From assembly GCA_965649765.1 (NCBI GenBank), contig OZ287751.1, forward strand, positions 84,320,001 to 84,384,000: DNA of 64,000 bases, given 5' to 3'. This document shows positions 11,956-26,500 of this stretch, piece by piece. The position numbers and the translations under genes were made by a program. This DNA is from Bispira polyomma. Lineage: Eukaryota. How positions within the stretch are numbered: position 1 is the first letter of the stretch; every line of letters begins with the position of its first letter. The notes beneath the pieces were generated by a model, which did not search any database, was not told where the DNA came from, and worked only from the letters and a program-made list of their open reading frames with translations.

Positions 11956-14900
11956 ATGCTTGTAATAATTACCATAGTTGTTCTTTTGCAGCTGACATTA
12001 TATGGACAATTTGGCATTGCAGAAAAAGGTAATTGTATAATTTTTCAGTGCTTATTAATACTTTGTTTTACAATACAAGCAATAAATAAGCTTATTTATT
12101 AAGCAACAGCATCAATTTATTTTTTATAAATGTCTTAGTCACAGTTGTTTCTTCATTGACAGAAATTACCCAGGTGCATTCAATCCGTTCCAGGTGCACA
12201 CCATTTTTCTAAAAAAGTTTAACCATTACTGTTCATAGAGTAACCACATTATGATTTATTTAATATATATAATATCATAATCTTAATAATTCAGGAACAC
12301 TGTGAATAAATAAAGCTATAAAGATAGCAATTTTCACTTGTTGCAATTTTAATTGTGAGACATTAATGCAAATTTTGTACATTGCTGTCGACTTATTTAG
12401 TTTAATTGGTTTGGCAACAATAGAAGATATGACGCATCATCAATGAGACAGGGCACTGATTTCAATGATAAAGATAAGACATTAAGGTAATTGTCGACAC
12501 ACTGTCTCCTCAAAGGGCTGTTGTGGCATAGAATTTTGAAATTCCAAGACAATGGGAAGAACCTTCAGTGATTACAATATATTTAATGTCACTTGTTGTC
12601 AAGCCAATTCAACTATGCGGGATGGGGCCTCAGTGTTGAATATGTTGATGCTTGTAAACAAAACTGCTCAAGTCTGGTTTATTTTAATATATCAACGTAT
12701 TTAGTCATTCCTCCAAAGTCAGAACCGTATTACCTATTAACAACCTTCGGTTTATCTTGATCTTGACAGCATCTTTTTATTAGATTAACAGATTCCTGTC
12801 AGCATTTCAACACTCCTTGACTAGCTATCTAAAATAGCCTGAGGTATAAACATCTTGCCATGCTTCCACACATGCAATATATATGTTCCATAGCATTAGG
12901 CAATAAGTATAGATTTTTGCACTCATACATATTATTCAACATTCAACAAAGAAAATGTACTTTGCCAGAGGGATAAACATCTGAGCAAGTTTCAACAGCG
13001 GAATGATTTATATTGTACTGCATCAAACGTATAAACCATAACGTTTTTGTCCACAAAGGCATATATGTACTTAAAAATTAATGTTTTGGTCTCACAGTTT
13101 AGTGGTTTAGATTTTACAACCTTTGCCCACACAGAATGTTCAGACACCCCTGGGGCTTGGTGTGGTCAGCCAGCCTTTGATGAATGTCAGAATGGCTACT
13201 GGAACTATACTATAGACTGTGACCCATTCCTGGATGTGTGCTGCGTCCCCAACACCCCAATCACCACTACCACAGACCTCCCTACTAATGAGACTACTAC
13301 TGTCTGGCCAACCTCTATCCCTGGAGGTATTATTTTTAGAGCACTGCCTAGGGTAAACTCTAAGCAAAAGTCTGTTTTTCCAAGGTTTAAATGATGTATC
13401 ATTATCTTCTTTATTACACTAGTGTTATCTTATGTTAAAATACCATGGTCAGTATTTGTCAAAGGTCTTAAATTCAACTCAGAAATATATAAAATGGATA
13501 TAAAGGCTAAGTTACTATATCTTTTAATATTCTACATCTTTAAACTGAATTTAAATTAATGGTAACGTGTCCAGGGGTTTCGCCATTGATAAGGTAATCT
13601 ACAGATGTTGTATGTCACTTGAACCATTGGCTGAAGTTTAGGACCTTCAATAAATACAAGCTTTGGGAATGAGTTTACTTTAAGTTTGAAAATTTATTCA
13701 GCCACGTTTGGAAAACACGCCTAAATACTGCATAATACATGAAAACAAATTTGTGCAAAGTGTATGTACGTATTTGTGCTGTTTTAAAAATGATTGGGCT
13801 CAAAGTTTAATGCGTTATAGCTGCTCATTTACTTTTTGCATTTAAAAACAAATTTAGCTTTCATTTTTATAGTCATTTCTAGAAATCATTGGACAACATA
13901 TGATCCTATTTTGTATAAAACAAGTTCCAAGTCTTAGCAAATAAAATTGTTCAAAACAATACACAATACTATAAGACCAAAATTTAAGAATCAATTTTTG
14001 GTGTATAGAAAGAAAGATGTTTTAATTAGAGTGCCACATGTAACGGCCACACCAGTAAAATATTATGTAACAAAAACAAAATAATATAAGTTATGTATCA
14101 TTAACAAAAAAGACATAGCACAGCCAGCACAACTAACCAGGGCTTATGAGGCACTAGAAGAACAACTTATGAATATCAATATATGTTTACTTGACTTATA
14201 TTGATCGTACAGAAATGTTTAAAGAATACTTTTAATTGTTCATTGAAAGACAGAGTAAACCAATGAGCATGATTATTGTTCTTAGTTCTGTTATGTGCAT
14301 ACAAGGGACAGTGAAAGATAAAATGTATCCTTTCATTGACATTGGGATTATACCAACGTCCTATTTCATTTTGTAATGACAGTAGTGTTTAACCTGATTT
14401 TAAGTTTGGTGCCAAAATTATTTTTTCACGACCTTTGTCTCTGTAGTTTTTACATTTTTAAAATATACTGGGGACATATTATTAAATTCATTGTATAGGT
14501 TCAGACCTTTAAAAATGTTTTTCTTACATTGCAGTCAGAATACATTTATTAAATTACCATTTATAGATAAAGAATCAAAAATTCAATAATGGATAAACTA
14601 TAGTAGATAGAGCTATTGATGAATTTTATCAATTAGTACACTTTACCAGTAATACGTATTTTCCTCAGTTTACATAACATGGATGTCCTGTTGACCAGAA
14701 ATTTTTTGAGCTTCGATAAATACAGCATGTGGTTTTTGGTTAACTGGTTGTTGGTAATTTTAAAAGAGTAAAATGTGGTCTTCATTACTTGGTTTTGGCC
14801 TAAAACCATGTGGGTCTTCTGCAAAAATATGATTATTTTATAGAAAATCTGACATTCTGTAATTTAGTATAATTGTAAATAATTGAATCACAGTTGACAA

Positions 14901-17900
14901 TAAATGTATACCTCTATATCAGGTTGAATACCGTTTTGGTTTTAAAACTTCTATCACCAGAATGTGGTGTGGGTCCGGCACTAGACCACTATATTGTGGG
15001 AGGCGAGGAAGCAAAAAACCACTCCTGGCCATGGATGGTCTCTTACCAGTTGGACTACTTTGGCATCAATGACTGGCAACATTACTGTGGAGGTAGCTTA
15101 CTGACTGACCAATGGGTACTCACCGCTGCCCACTGCTATGTCAAGTCCGGCGAGTGAGTAGGGTTTACATATATTTGTAGTCTGTACTTACCTATTTCCG
15201 AAAGTTTATTGTCCAGAGTTTATATGGTATGCATACGTATTAAAGTAAATTTACTTATTACAACACTAAAAATTTTATTTCAATCTTCATTATTTACAGA
15301 ATTTTACCTACTAGCAGTCATGTTATTTGGTTTGTCACTATGGCCTATATTGACACTCATATATACATGGGTTTGAACTCAGCTTGGAATTCTAAAATAT
15401 CATCAGTTGTTGCCTAGAGAACTTTCTCTTCAATAAGGGAAACAATCATAGTTATTGGTGCTGGTTTGTCTGTGATTGTGATTGTGCAAGACAGTGAAAA
15501 CTAGCATTTTAAATCCTAGAAAATGGGGAAATACTGCACTAAATCAAGCTCTAAATAGAATAGACCTATTGAGGATTAGTAAAGTAACTTATAAGTATGG
15601 AATAATTAGGTACTATTTGTAGGACAATTAATATGATTAGGTATTATTTGTCGGACAATTAATATGAACTACTTACTATTTAAAAACCTGCATGGAGATT
15701 CTACATTTGCTGTTTTGGTATTATTTACTTGGATATGTAAACATAATTGACTTGATAAAGATACAAATTACATTAAACAGGTGTCATTTTGTTAAACAGG
15801 GATGACTTTCAGTACTTCCGGATTGTTCTGGGAATGCATGACAAGACAGAACCAGCACCATCTCAGATCATCATGCCAATTGAAAACATTATATATGTAA
15901 GACTTATTATGAAGTTTTAAAGACAATCATTGATGATATACTTTCTTCAATATTTTAAATGGTGTTTCCTATAATGAAATAAATAATCAAAAGATAATAT
16001 TGCAAATGGCACAATTTTAAATAGTGAATTCACCAATAGTAATAAACAAATAAGTAGTGAGCAATGCAAATAGTATTTTCACAGATATATATTTGCCTGA
16101 CTGGCTCTGTTAAATATAATGCCTTTCCTCCCTACCATAGTCATGTTAAAAGAAGAATTATTACTGCCCATGATAACATAAAACACATATTGGTGCTGAC
16201 CTATTAGTGTGTATCTTTGCAATATAACTTGTATATAATAAATAATATATATAGATATATACATTTTCTGTCCCTGTAAACTATACATTGACTTAGGAAC
16301 ATCCATGAACCTTGCAATTCTTTGTTGATAACTTAAGCATCCAGAATATGACCCTGAAGTAGATGGTTCACCAAATGACATAGCACTAGTTAAGATGGCA
16401 GAACCAGTGGAACTGATTAAAGAGATATCACCTATTTGTCTGCCTGATTATGAAGAGCAAGACTATATGGATGAGAAATGTGTGATTACTGGCTGGGGAC
16501 TTACTAAAGGTCAGTTAAAACATAGTTTTTGATTTTTTTTTAGTTTAAGACAGTTTGACCAGCAGTTAACTATATCTTCCAAAATTTGTGGTGACCAAAC
16601 ACTCTATACCACTGTCAATAACTGTTAGTGTATGTACAGATGTATGTGAGTAGTGCAATTTTACATTCTCACCCGATTTTTTGCTCCTGGACGGAAATTG
16701 TAGGATTCGGAAGCTGCTAATCGTGCATCGCAATTGCAGTCTGATACATGTGAACAAATAAACAAAAAATTTGAAGGGAGAAAAACATTGTTGTCAAAAT
16801 TCGGACATCTGATTCATGCCTACATACACTTACATGTTTTACTATCATGTTGTGCTATTTTGCCATGTTGATATCTTTGATCCACATCCTTGTTACCTTG
16901 TTTTGTTGAAAAACCTACCTACAACATATTAACAATATAATATGATTTATACACACACAGCCAACGGAAAATAATAATAATAATCTGATAATAATTTCTT
17001 TGATATAGGTTCTAGTTAAATCACCTGTGTATATGTTTGATATACTGTATCAGCTTGAGTCAAATAAAATGTTTCCTATCGACTTGAAAAGACTTAATTT
17101 TGATCAAATCTATGGATACATTTGATTGACAGGTACTGGTGATGAGGATAAGTTGAACCAGGCTGAATTACCTGTAATCTCTAATGAGGAATGTGACTAT
17201 AAGTGGGAGGTAGGCTCTGGGAGAGTGGACCTAATCAAAGAAAATCACATATGTGTGGGTAATGGTGTGCCTGGAGCATGTAATGTAAGTACTTAGTTAT
17301 AAAGCTATATAGTTTAGGGGCCTTGGTGATGTAGTAGTCGCACTGTTGAATCTTGCCTCTGTGATTGTAAGTTAAAATGTTTTCTCTGGCCTGCATGTAA
17401 GAAACTTAGCTGTTGACCTGTTGCTTAGTTGGGGTTTAATGTGGCGTTCAACTCATTTTGTGCCATATCACAACTGGCAGTTTGTATAGATGTGATATGC
17501 GACTCTGCAAACCGGAATAATGCTATATCAACAGTGAAAATTCATAAATATTGTCCCTGAACATGCACAGTAGAGTAATATTTGTATATATTAATTACAA
17601 TTTTCACCAAATTATGGTTATCTGTTATAAAATTAATTTATGTTACGTTTGATAGGTGTCATATTTTACTGCCATCTGAGTTTCAGTTAGCTTCTTGAAA
17701 CATAGCTTCACATACCAATTAAACCTTATGTATTCAAGTTGTTAATTACTAAATAAGTAAGCTGATTAAATACATTAAAGGTATATTTAGTATACTGGGC
17801 TATTTCAGGGAGATTCTGGTGGGCCATTGAATTGCTATGTAAATGGCACCTGGCAACTTGCTGGTGCCACATCATTTGGAGCAGCCGGGTGTGAGGCTTT

Positions 17901-17973
17901 GGAGGCACCCAATGTCTACTCAAGAATCTCTCACTTCCTAGACTGGATAGAAGAAACCATAGCAAACAACTAA
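11956..17973 (+). CDS. Secreted S1A chymotrypsin-type serine protease zymogen with an N-terminal 6-Cys module, copy 1 (7 exons, 347 aa)
   Basis: Exons 11956-12028, 13135-13326, 14961-15153, 15800-15896, 16338-16509, 17133-17284 and 17809-17973. All introns are GT-AG with compatible phases and there are no internal stops. Signal peptide [22 protein letters not shown]; motifs IVGG, LTAAHC, NDIALV and GDSGGP; AATAAA at 17985. Confidence 0.95.
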
Positions 17974-18270
17974 ATTGTATTAACAATAAAGCTCATGTTT
18001 AATCAGCAGAGTTTACTCTAACTTTCTAATGCCTCCCTTTTCTGTTTCAAACTTAAGCTCTATTGCAATATGTTGTACCATTTTTACACTCCAAGATGCT
18101 GCTGCTTCTTAAATCTCGAGTAAAGTGGTATTCATGAAACGGTACCAGAAACATCAAAGATGTCACAAATGTAATTTTTTCTTTTGTTTCCCCATTCTCA
18201 CATTTATTATTTACGTTTGCTAACATTTCATAAAATCACAAATGGCATAATGCAAACCCAAACATATGAG

Positions 18271-18955
18271 TGTGACCGAGCCAGGTAGAAGAGGTATTTC
18301 CATCTGCACAAAAATATGTATTTTATATTTAATGCTTATAACGTTAAATGGTATCAAATGTTTTGTCTTATTCCTTTCGTTGAAATGGTTAAAGAATTAA
18401 AAATATCCAACCAGTAATAAGGAAGTTCTCATTCTAATTGAAACGTCCACTAACTCTGTTAATTAAGAAATAACAAACCATGATATACGGTAACACGAAG
18501 GCAATATCAAGAGTGGTAAAAATTACTGTACATCAAAGGTTTGGAATCTGTCATTCCGATTCTAAAATGACAAACTAAATATGTACATGAATTCTACTGT
18601 ATTTAGAGGAATATTATAAGTTACAGGAGGAATTATTTTTCTCTGGGCATCAATCCTATTGATAAAAACGGCTCATGTGTATATGGTGAATTTTACCAAG
18701 GCTTTCGTCCAATCAGAATCACAAATATGCAGTTCAGGAATGAACACTTAAAATGGACAACTATTGATAGGAAAAATTGTTGTACAAGGCATTTATGTGG
18801 GAATCATGTCAGTTATTTGAGGTAGCTCATGTTTTACAGTAATATTACATAGCATATATCATGTTGAAAGTGACTTCAAATAAACCCAGATCAGTGCACA
18901 TTGTAGGTCACTGTAGACACCCTAGTTAGCCCGGCTGTCACTAGCTAAGGTCATA
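18271..18955. mobile_element. Possible old non-autonomous DNA transposon
   Basis: Imperfect inverted ends TGTGACCGAGCCAG and CTAGCTAAGGTCATA; lies between the two duplicated units. Confidence 0.3.
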
Positions 18956-20536
18956 AAAGTGGCACGAGGCATTCTTAAAATTAATTAGTTTTTATGTACG
19001 CCCTTTAGTCTCATAAGTGCCTAAGGATATATATGATTGACATAACCAATTGATGATGCAGCTGGTAACTGTTTCAGATCAGTAAAATCTGATTTGTTAA
19101 TTGCTACCTGTTGCTATGGTTTCACTTACCTGTACTCTTGTGGGGTGGGGGGGGGGGGGGGGGGCACTCAGGTACAAATCAAGTGAAAAACTTGTACCTA
19201 ACTTATAAATTTCATAAAATTCTGGGTTCCTAGAGCAGTTATTCATTACTAGTCAAATCAATACAAGGAGTAGTGTAAACTTTAACCAGAACAAAAATAA
19301 TTTCAAAATAGTTTTCTAAATGATGATCCCAATTGTTGCATGTTATACATCATTACATATATTCAGTTGCTTCACTTTCTTTGTTTGAGCCTTAAACTTA
19401 AAACCGATTTGTTCCACAAAACATACAGACATACAGTCTTGCCAAGTAATATTCCAACTGGGGAAATAAGTTGGCTTAGAACTGGACAGGTCAAGGTAAA
19501 GGTCAATCAAGAGGTAAAATAGGATTATGATACAAGAACCAAACCAAAAAACAATACAATGAAAAATAACGTTAAAAACTGTATGTTTAAACACGTTTGG
19601 GCATATCTCTAAACTACATAACAAGTATTTATAATATTAGTAGGATTAAAACACACAATATCTAGATATGGGGGGGTGGGGGTGGGGGTGGGTGGGGGGG
19701 GGTGGGTGTAGAGTTATCTCACAAACATTTTAATATGAACTAGTAATATAGGTAGTGACTATTACACGCTGTTTCAGCACCAAGGGCCGATTCAAAACAG
19801 CACCCTATTCAAAAGGTGCCATTTTCACGCAAAAATAATAATTATCTATAACGTACTCAGATTATATTAAAAATTTGTGTGGAAATATTATGTATATTCC
19901 AAAAAAATTGTCTGAGTAACTCATTTCAATAAAAATGGATTCAACTTGCCGCATCTTAAATTGGTACTTCTGTTTGTAATTTTTTTTTGGCTACCATCGT
20001 CAATGTGTTTTTTTATTTACTTTTCAATTCAAAGTATATAAGTAGAAGAATTAACCTATTAACAATAGTTATATGTTTTATTTGAGTGTAGAATAAATTT
20101 CCAATGTAATATCATATCATTGTGGGAGTGATAACAGATGTAAAATCTTATCAGTTGTATGTGATTATACTTAATGTCAAATTTTAATTTCCATAGCATT
20201 TTGTTATTAAATCAATAAAACTGGAAATGTGATGCATCACTAGCATCATTTATTACACATCAAGTTAAAATATTTAAAAGATTGGGCAGATCCAAGTGTA
20301 TATTTAATATATGTGAAGACATCTTGCAGTAACTCAAGAATCGCCAGTAATAAAGACCATATAAGTCAATGTAATACAGATAACATTACACTTTGTGTAA
20401 TCTCATTTGTGTTATGGATAAAATATGTTAAATCTCATGACAGTATAATATTCTCGAAAGATAATTTGGAGAATATTTTCGTCTGGAGCTAATGTTTAAC
20501 TACAAGTCTATATTATACTTTGATGCATGACTAGCA

Positions 20537-23500
20537 ATGCTTGCAATACTTTCTAAACTTGTTCTTGTGCAACTGGCATTATATGGAGAATTTGGCAATG
20601 CAAAAGGTAATTCTACAATTGATTAGCCCTTGTTCATACTCTGTTTTACAGTTACCAATATATAAGCCAATTTATTGAGCATTAGCATCAATTTTATAAT
20701 GTCTCAGTCACATTTGTTTTTTTTCATTACATAACTTTCTTAATTATCCAATGCATTAAATTCGTCTGCGAAAATTACCCAAGGCTCATCGTGACTTTTA
20801 GTTGATTCCAGGTGGACAGCATTTGCTAAGAAAGTCTCTTTGCTAGAAAGATTTTTATGAAGTCATCTACTTTATAGATTGATATAGAACATAGCATAAA
20901 GCCAAGTAAATCTTAAAAATAAAAAATTAAAATGGAGTAAATACAATTTCAGTTATAACGAAATTCTGTTAGAGAAGAAAAATATTTATGTATATGACGT
21001 GGGTATATTTGAAAACCATTTTCGGCGATACTTGTAAGAACTGATATATTTCTGGAACTAAAGCCGGAATGGGATTGTCCCCATTGTTCATGTGTAGACC
21101 TTGCGACAGTATGACAACACCCTGGAGACACAGCTGAGACAGTCATGACCACAATGTTGAGGCAGTATTGAGACAAAGATAGGACAACAGTACAACAAAT
21201 GGCGACAGATAGCGCTTTCATTTGTTGCATGACACTCATGATACCACTGTGATATATTCATGCGATTTTTGTACGATATTACTTTCACTCAACTGTTACC
21301 TACTTTGACTGGTTTGGAAACTATAGAAGACAATGATGCGTCATCAATGGCACATATGGTACCAACTTCAAAGACAAAAATGAGACAATAAGGCGTTTGT
21401 CTTCACACTACCTTCTCAAAGGGTTGTTGTGACAATCAAGAGGAGGCAACTATTGAAGACAAAAAAAGACAACAGAAAGACACCAATAAATTGATGGTGA
21501 CTTGTTGCCTAGACAATTCACCCATGTGGGATGGGGCTTTTGTGAAATATGTTTATGCTTGTTGAATCTAAACAAAACTGCTTAAGTCTGGTTTATTTCC
21601 ATACATCAAAGTATTTAGACATTCCTCAAAAGTCAGAACCGTATTACATAGAAACCAACCTGAGGCTGATCTTGTTCTTGTCAGCATTTAGTTCATTTTA
21701 TCAGATTAACAGGTTCCTGTGAGCATTTTCAACCTTTCTTCACTCTTTTTCTACATTGACTCCTTTCAAATAGCCTGGGGTTCAAACATCTTGCCATGCA
21801 ATAATTATGTTCCATAGCATTATGCGTAAATATAGATTTTAGCCCTCATACATATTATTCAACAAAAATGTGTGTTGCCAGAGGGATAAACATCTCTGCA
21901 AGTTTCAACAACTGAATAATTTCTATTGGAATGTATCAACCATAAACTATATCTTTTTTGTCCGCAAAGGGTAATACTCAACAGTAAAAACTTTGGTCTT
22001 AGTTTAGTGTTTTAGATTTTACAACCTTTTCCCACACAGAATGTTCAGACACCCCTGGGGCTTGGTGTGGCGATCCGCTCTTTGATGAATGTCAGAATGG
22101 CTACTGGAACTATACCATAGACTGTGACCCATTCCTGGATGTGTGCTGCGTCCCCAACACCCCAATCACCACTACCACAGACCTCCCTACTAATGAGACT
22201 ACTACTGTCTGGCCAACCTCTATCCCTGGAGGTATTATTTTTAGAGCACTGCCTAGGGTAAACTCTAAGCAAAAGTCTGTTTTTCCAAGGTTTAAATGAT
22301 GTATCATTATCTTCTTTATTACACTAGTGTTATCTTGTGTTAAAATATCATGGTCAGTATTTGTCAAAGGTCTTAAATTCAACTCATAAATGTATATAAT
22401 GGATATAAAGGCTAAGTTACTATAACTTTTAATGTTCTGCATCTTTTAAAACTGAAATAAAATTAATGGTAACACGTCCAGGGTTTTCGCCATTGATGAG
22501 GTAATCTACAGATGTTGTATGTCACTTGAACCATTGGCTGAAGTTTAGGACCTTCAATAAATACAAGCTTTGGGAATGAGTGTACTTTAAGTTTGCAAAT
22601 TTTTTTAGCCACATGGCTGGCTTTATTATTTTGAGTTGGAAAAAAGCTTAAATACTGCACAATCTGCCAGATTATTGTAATACATGAAAAAAGATTTGTG
22701 CAAAGTGTATGTATGTATTTGTGCTGTTTTAAAAATGATTGAGCCCAAAGTTTAATGCTTCATAGCTGCTTGTTTACTTTTTGCATGAAAAAAATTTAAC
22801 TTTCAGTTTTATAGTCATTTCTAAAAATGATTGACACATATATGATCTTATTTCGAATAAAAGAAGTTTGAGTCTGAGCAAATAAAATTCTTTGAAACAA
22901 TACTCGTTACTTTTAGACCAAAATTTTAGAATCAATTTTTTTGGTGCATAGAAAGAGAGATGTAATTTTTAACTTGATTTTAAGTTTGATGCCACCTGCT
23001 AAATTATTCTTCATTACCTTTGTGTCTGTGGTCTTTACATTTTAAAAATAAACTGGGGACATATTATTAAATTCATTGTGTAGGTTGCGACCTTTAAAAA
23101 TGTTTTTCTTACATTGCAGTCTAAACATATTTGTTAAATTAACATTTATAGTTAAAGATTTAAAAAGATTTGTTAAATTACCATTCATGGATAAACTATA
23201 GTAGATAGAGTTATTAATGAATTTCATCAATTTGTACACTTTACCAACAATACATATTTTCCTCAGTTTATATAACATGGATGTCATGTTGACTTGATCA
23301 AAAATTCTTTGAGCTTCAATAAATACAACAAATTTAACTGGTTGTTAGTAAATTTAAAAGAGTAAAATGTGGTCTTCATAACTTGTTTTTTGCCCAAAAC
23401 CATTTGGTTCTTCTGCAAAAATATGATTAATTTCTGGAAAATATGACATTCTGTAATTTAGTATAGTTATAAATAATTTAATCACAGTTAATAATAAACG

Positions 23501-26500
23501 TATACCTCTATATTTTGTTGAATACCAGTTCGTTTTAAAATTTCTATCACCAGAATGTGGTGTCGGTCCGGCCCTAGATCACTATATTGTGGGAGGTGAG
23601 GAGGCAAAAAATCACTCCTGGCCATGGATGGTCTCTTACCAGTTGGACTACTTTGGCTGGGATGACTGGCAACATTACTGTGGAGGTAGCTTACTGACTG
23701 ACCAGTGGGTACTCACCGCTGCCCACTGCTATGTCAAGGCCGGCGAGTGAGTAGGGTTTACATATATTAGTAGTTTTAATATACCTATTTCCGAAAGTTT
23801 ATTGTCCAGTGAGTATGGTATGCATATGTATTAAAGTAAATATTACTTATTACAACACTAAAAATGTTGTTTCAATATTTATTATTTACAGTATTTTACC
23901 TACTGGCAGTCATGTTATTTGGTTTGTCACTATGGCCCATATTGACACTTGTATATACATGGGTTTAAACTCAGCATGGGATTCTAAAATATCATCAGTT
24001 GCCGCCTAGATAACTTTCTCTTCAATAAGGGAAATTCTAGTTATTAGTGCTGATTTGTCTGTGATTGTGCTTGTGCAAGACAGGAGAACTAGCATTTTAA
24101 ATCCTAGAGAATAGGGAAATACTGCACCAAATCAAACTCTGAATAGAATACGCCTATTGTGGATTACTAAAGTAACTAAAAAGTTATAGATTAATTAGGT
24201 ATTAGTTGTAAACAGTAGGACAATTAATATGAACTACTTACAAATGAAAAACCTGAATGGAGATTTTACATTTGCTGTTCTGGTCTTATTTACTTGGATA
24301 TGTAAACATAATTGACTTGATAAAGATACGAATTACATTAAACAGGTGTCATTTTGTTAAACAGGGATGACTTTCAGTACTTCCGGATTGTTCTGGGAAT
24401 GCATGACAAGACAAAACCAGCACCATCTCAGATCATCATGCCAATTGAAAACATTATATATGTATGTTCCAAGTACATTATTTTTCCTTTTGTCAATACT
24501 TCAGATATGTAATTAATTTTTAAATGAGTATGTATGTTAAATGCAAGTGCTGTAATATGAGACAAGTTGAGAATGTGATAAAATAGTATTGTCAATTTTT
24601 GATCACATTTTCAATATTACACATATATCTAAGACTTATCATGAAGTTATATAGACAATCATTGATGATATACTTTCTTCAATATTTTAAAAAGTGTGTC
24701 TTATAATAAAATAAATAGTTAAAAGATAATATTTCAAATGAGACAATTTTATGCCATAGTCATGTTAACAGATGACTAATTACTTCTCTCTGAGCAAACA
24801 GGAATATAATAATATGATACACATATTAATGCTGACCTATCTCGCAAATCTGTTATGTCCAACTGCTGCCTTCTAGTTATTGTTAAACACCACACCTTTT
24901 CGTAAACTATTGTCATATTGATTTTTTACTGTGTCTTTATAGTATGCCTCACCAAATTATTTAAACCTTCTGTCATTATCGCTCACATACCTTGTTCCTC
25001 CATGGGAGTAGCCAGGATATTTCATTTGGTACTGACAAATTGAACCAATATATTAGGTTGTTTTTTGTCCTACCAAAAAATTCAATTGGTGGGGGGGGGT
25101 GGGGGTGGGGGTTGGGGGGGGGGGGTTGGGGGGTGGGGGGGGTGGGGGGTGAAATATAGTATTATAAATCTATATTACTACTAAAACAAACAGAATAAAG
25201 AGAATTTTTTTTTTTTTTCTAGTCATTAAATTGGTGGGCCTGGGCGTACTGGCGTTAACGGTAGCTACGCCCCTGTGCTCGCATACGTTTTTCTGTGAAT
25301 TTCGCATCCCCGTTTCCGCTATGTGACTTTCTCAAACATGTTTTTGGTCCTATAACTGTTTTACATACAATATTATACATTTTGCATTCTGCGACTGTCT
25401 GGCTGTAATTTGTTACTTTTTTTTACATTTGTGACTGTTTCTTGAATTTTTGAGATGTGGAAGTACTGTTTCGTACTGCTGCATTGCATGGTTTTGGCCG
25501 GTGTCAGAATACATGCATGGAGCGGCTGCTCACCTTCCAATACACTATTTCTTGACCAATTTGAACTTGGCCCATCTTTCCTTGCCTCCTTGGATAAGGT
25601 TAACACCTCATTTTTATGCTTTTAGCTACATATAACCCGCCGTCCTAACCCCCGTGTAAATAGTGTATGAATTCCTCTGCACTCTCTGCGGGGACGTCTG
25701 CATAAATCCTGGCCTCCAGCATCTATGCTTAAGATAGGTGCGTTTAACGCCCGTTTCTTACGGAACAAGGCGCCTGCTGCTATTGATTTGATCATAGCTA
25801 AGGACCTGGATATTGCTGCCATCTCTGAGACCTGGTTCAGCAGTAAGGATACCACATCTTTTCTGACTGATATAATTTCTCTGGGTTACAAATTCTTTCA
25901 GTTTCCCAAGTTGCAAAAACGCGTAGCAGGAGTAGGCATTTTTGTAAAAAATGTTCTCTCCTGTGAAATTCTAAAAAACAGTCCTATTTGTCTTTTGAAT
26001 CCATCACATGCAAAATTTCAAATGGTTATCACTCATTCCTGGTTTCCTCTTTTTACTGCACACCCATTGCTTCTGTAGCTACCTTTACTCAAGAATTTTC
26101 CGAATTTTTTGAGACCCTCAAGCTTCTTCCATCTGAAACTATCATCCTTGGCGATTTCAACATCAAGGTTGACATAAAAAATTCCGTAACAAAAGATTTC
26201 AACAATTTTCTCAACAATTTTGGTTTTTCACAGTTCATAACAAGTCCAACCCACATCCACAATGACATACTTGATCTGGTAATTGCAAGACCAAATTCAA
26301 ACTGATGGGATTTTGGATCATATAGCAACCTTTGCGTATTTAAATTTGCCGGTATCTGCCTCACAAAAACCTTGTCTGATAAAATACAGAAATATCATAA
26401 AAAGCATGATAAATTCAGAGACGACATCCTTGCATCAAAACTGATGAAACATCCATGCAAAAACGCTGAAGGCTCTGCTTACAATACAATAACAGCCTTT

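Noticed and set aside
13047-13394. ORF-track proteins at 13047, 14894 and 29254 as stand-alone genes
   Set aside because: They are protease exons read through into intron sequence; splice sites define the real limits.
16079-17986. Minus-strand ORFs over protease exons (13140, 13205, 16079, 17726, 22045, 22110, 30760)
   Set aside because: Antisense shadows that recur only because the exons are duplicated.
19141-19707. Poly-G/GGGGT tracts as functional G-quadruplexes (also 25088-25150, 41319-41339, 42608-42624)
   Set aside because: They lie in or near transposon remnants, and one disrupts a transposase; slippage or sequencing error is a sufficient explanation.
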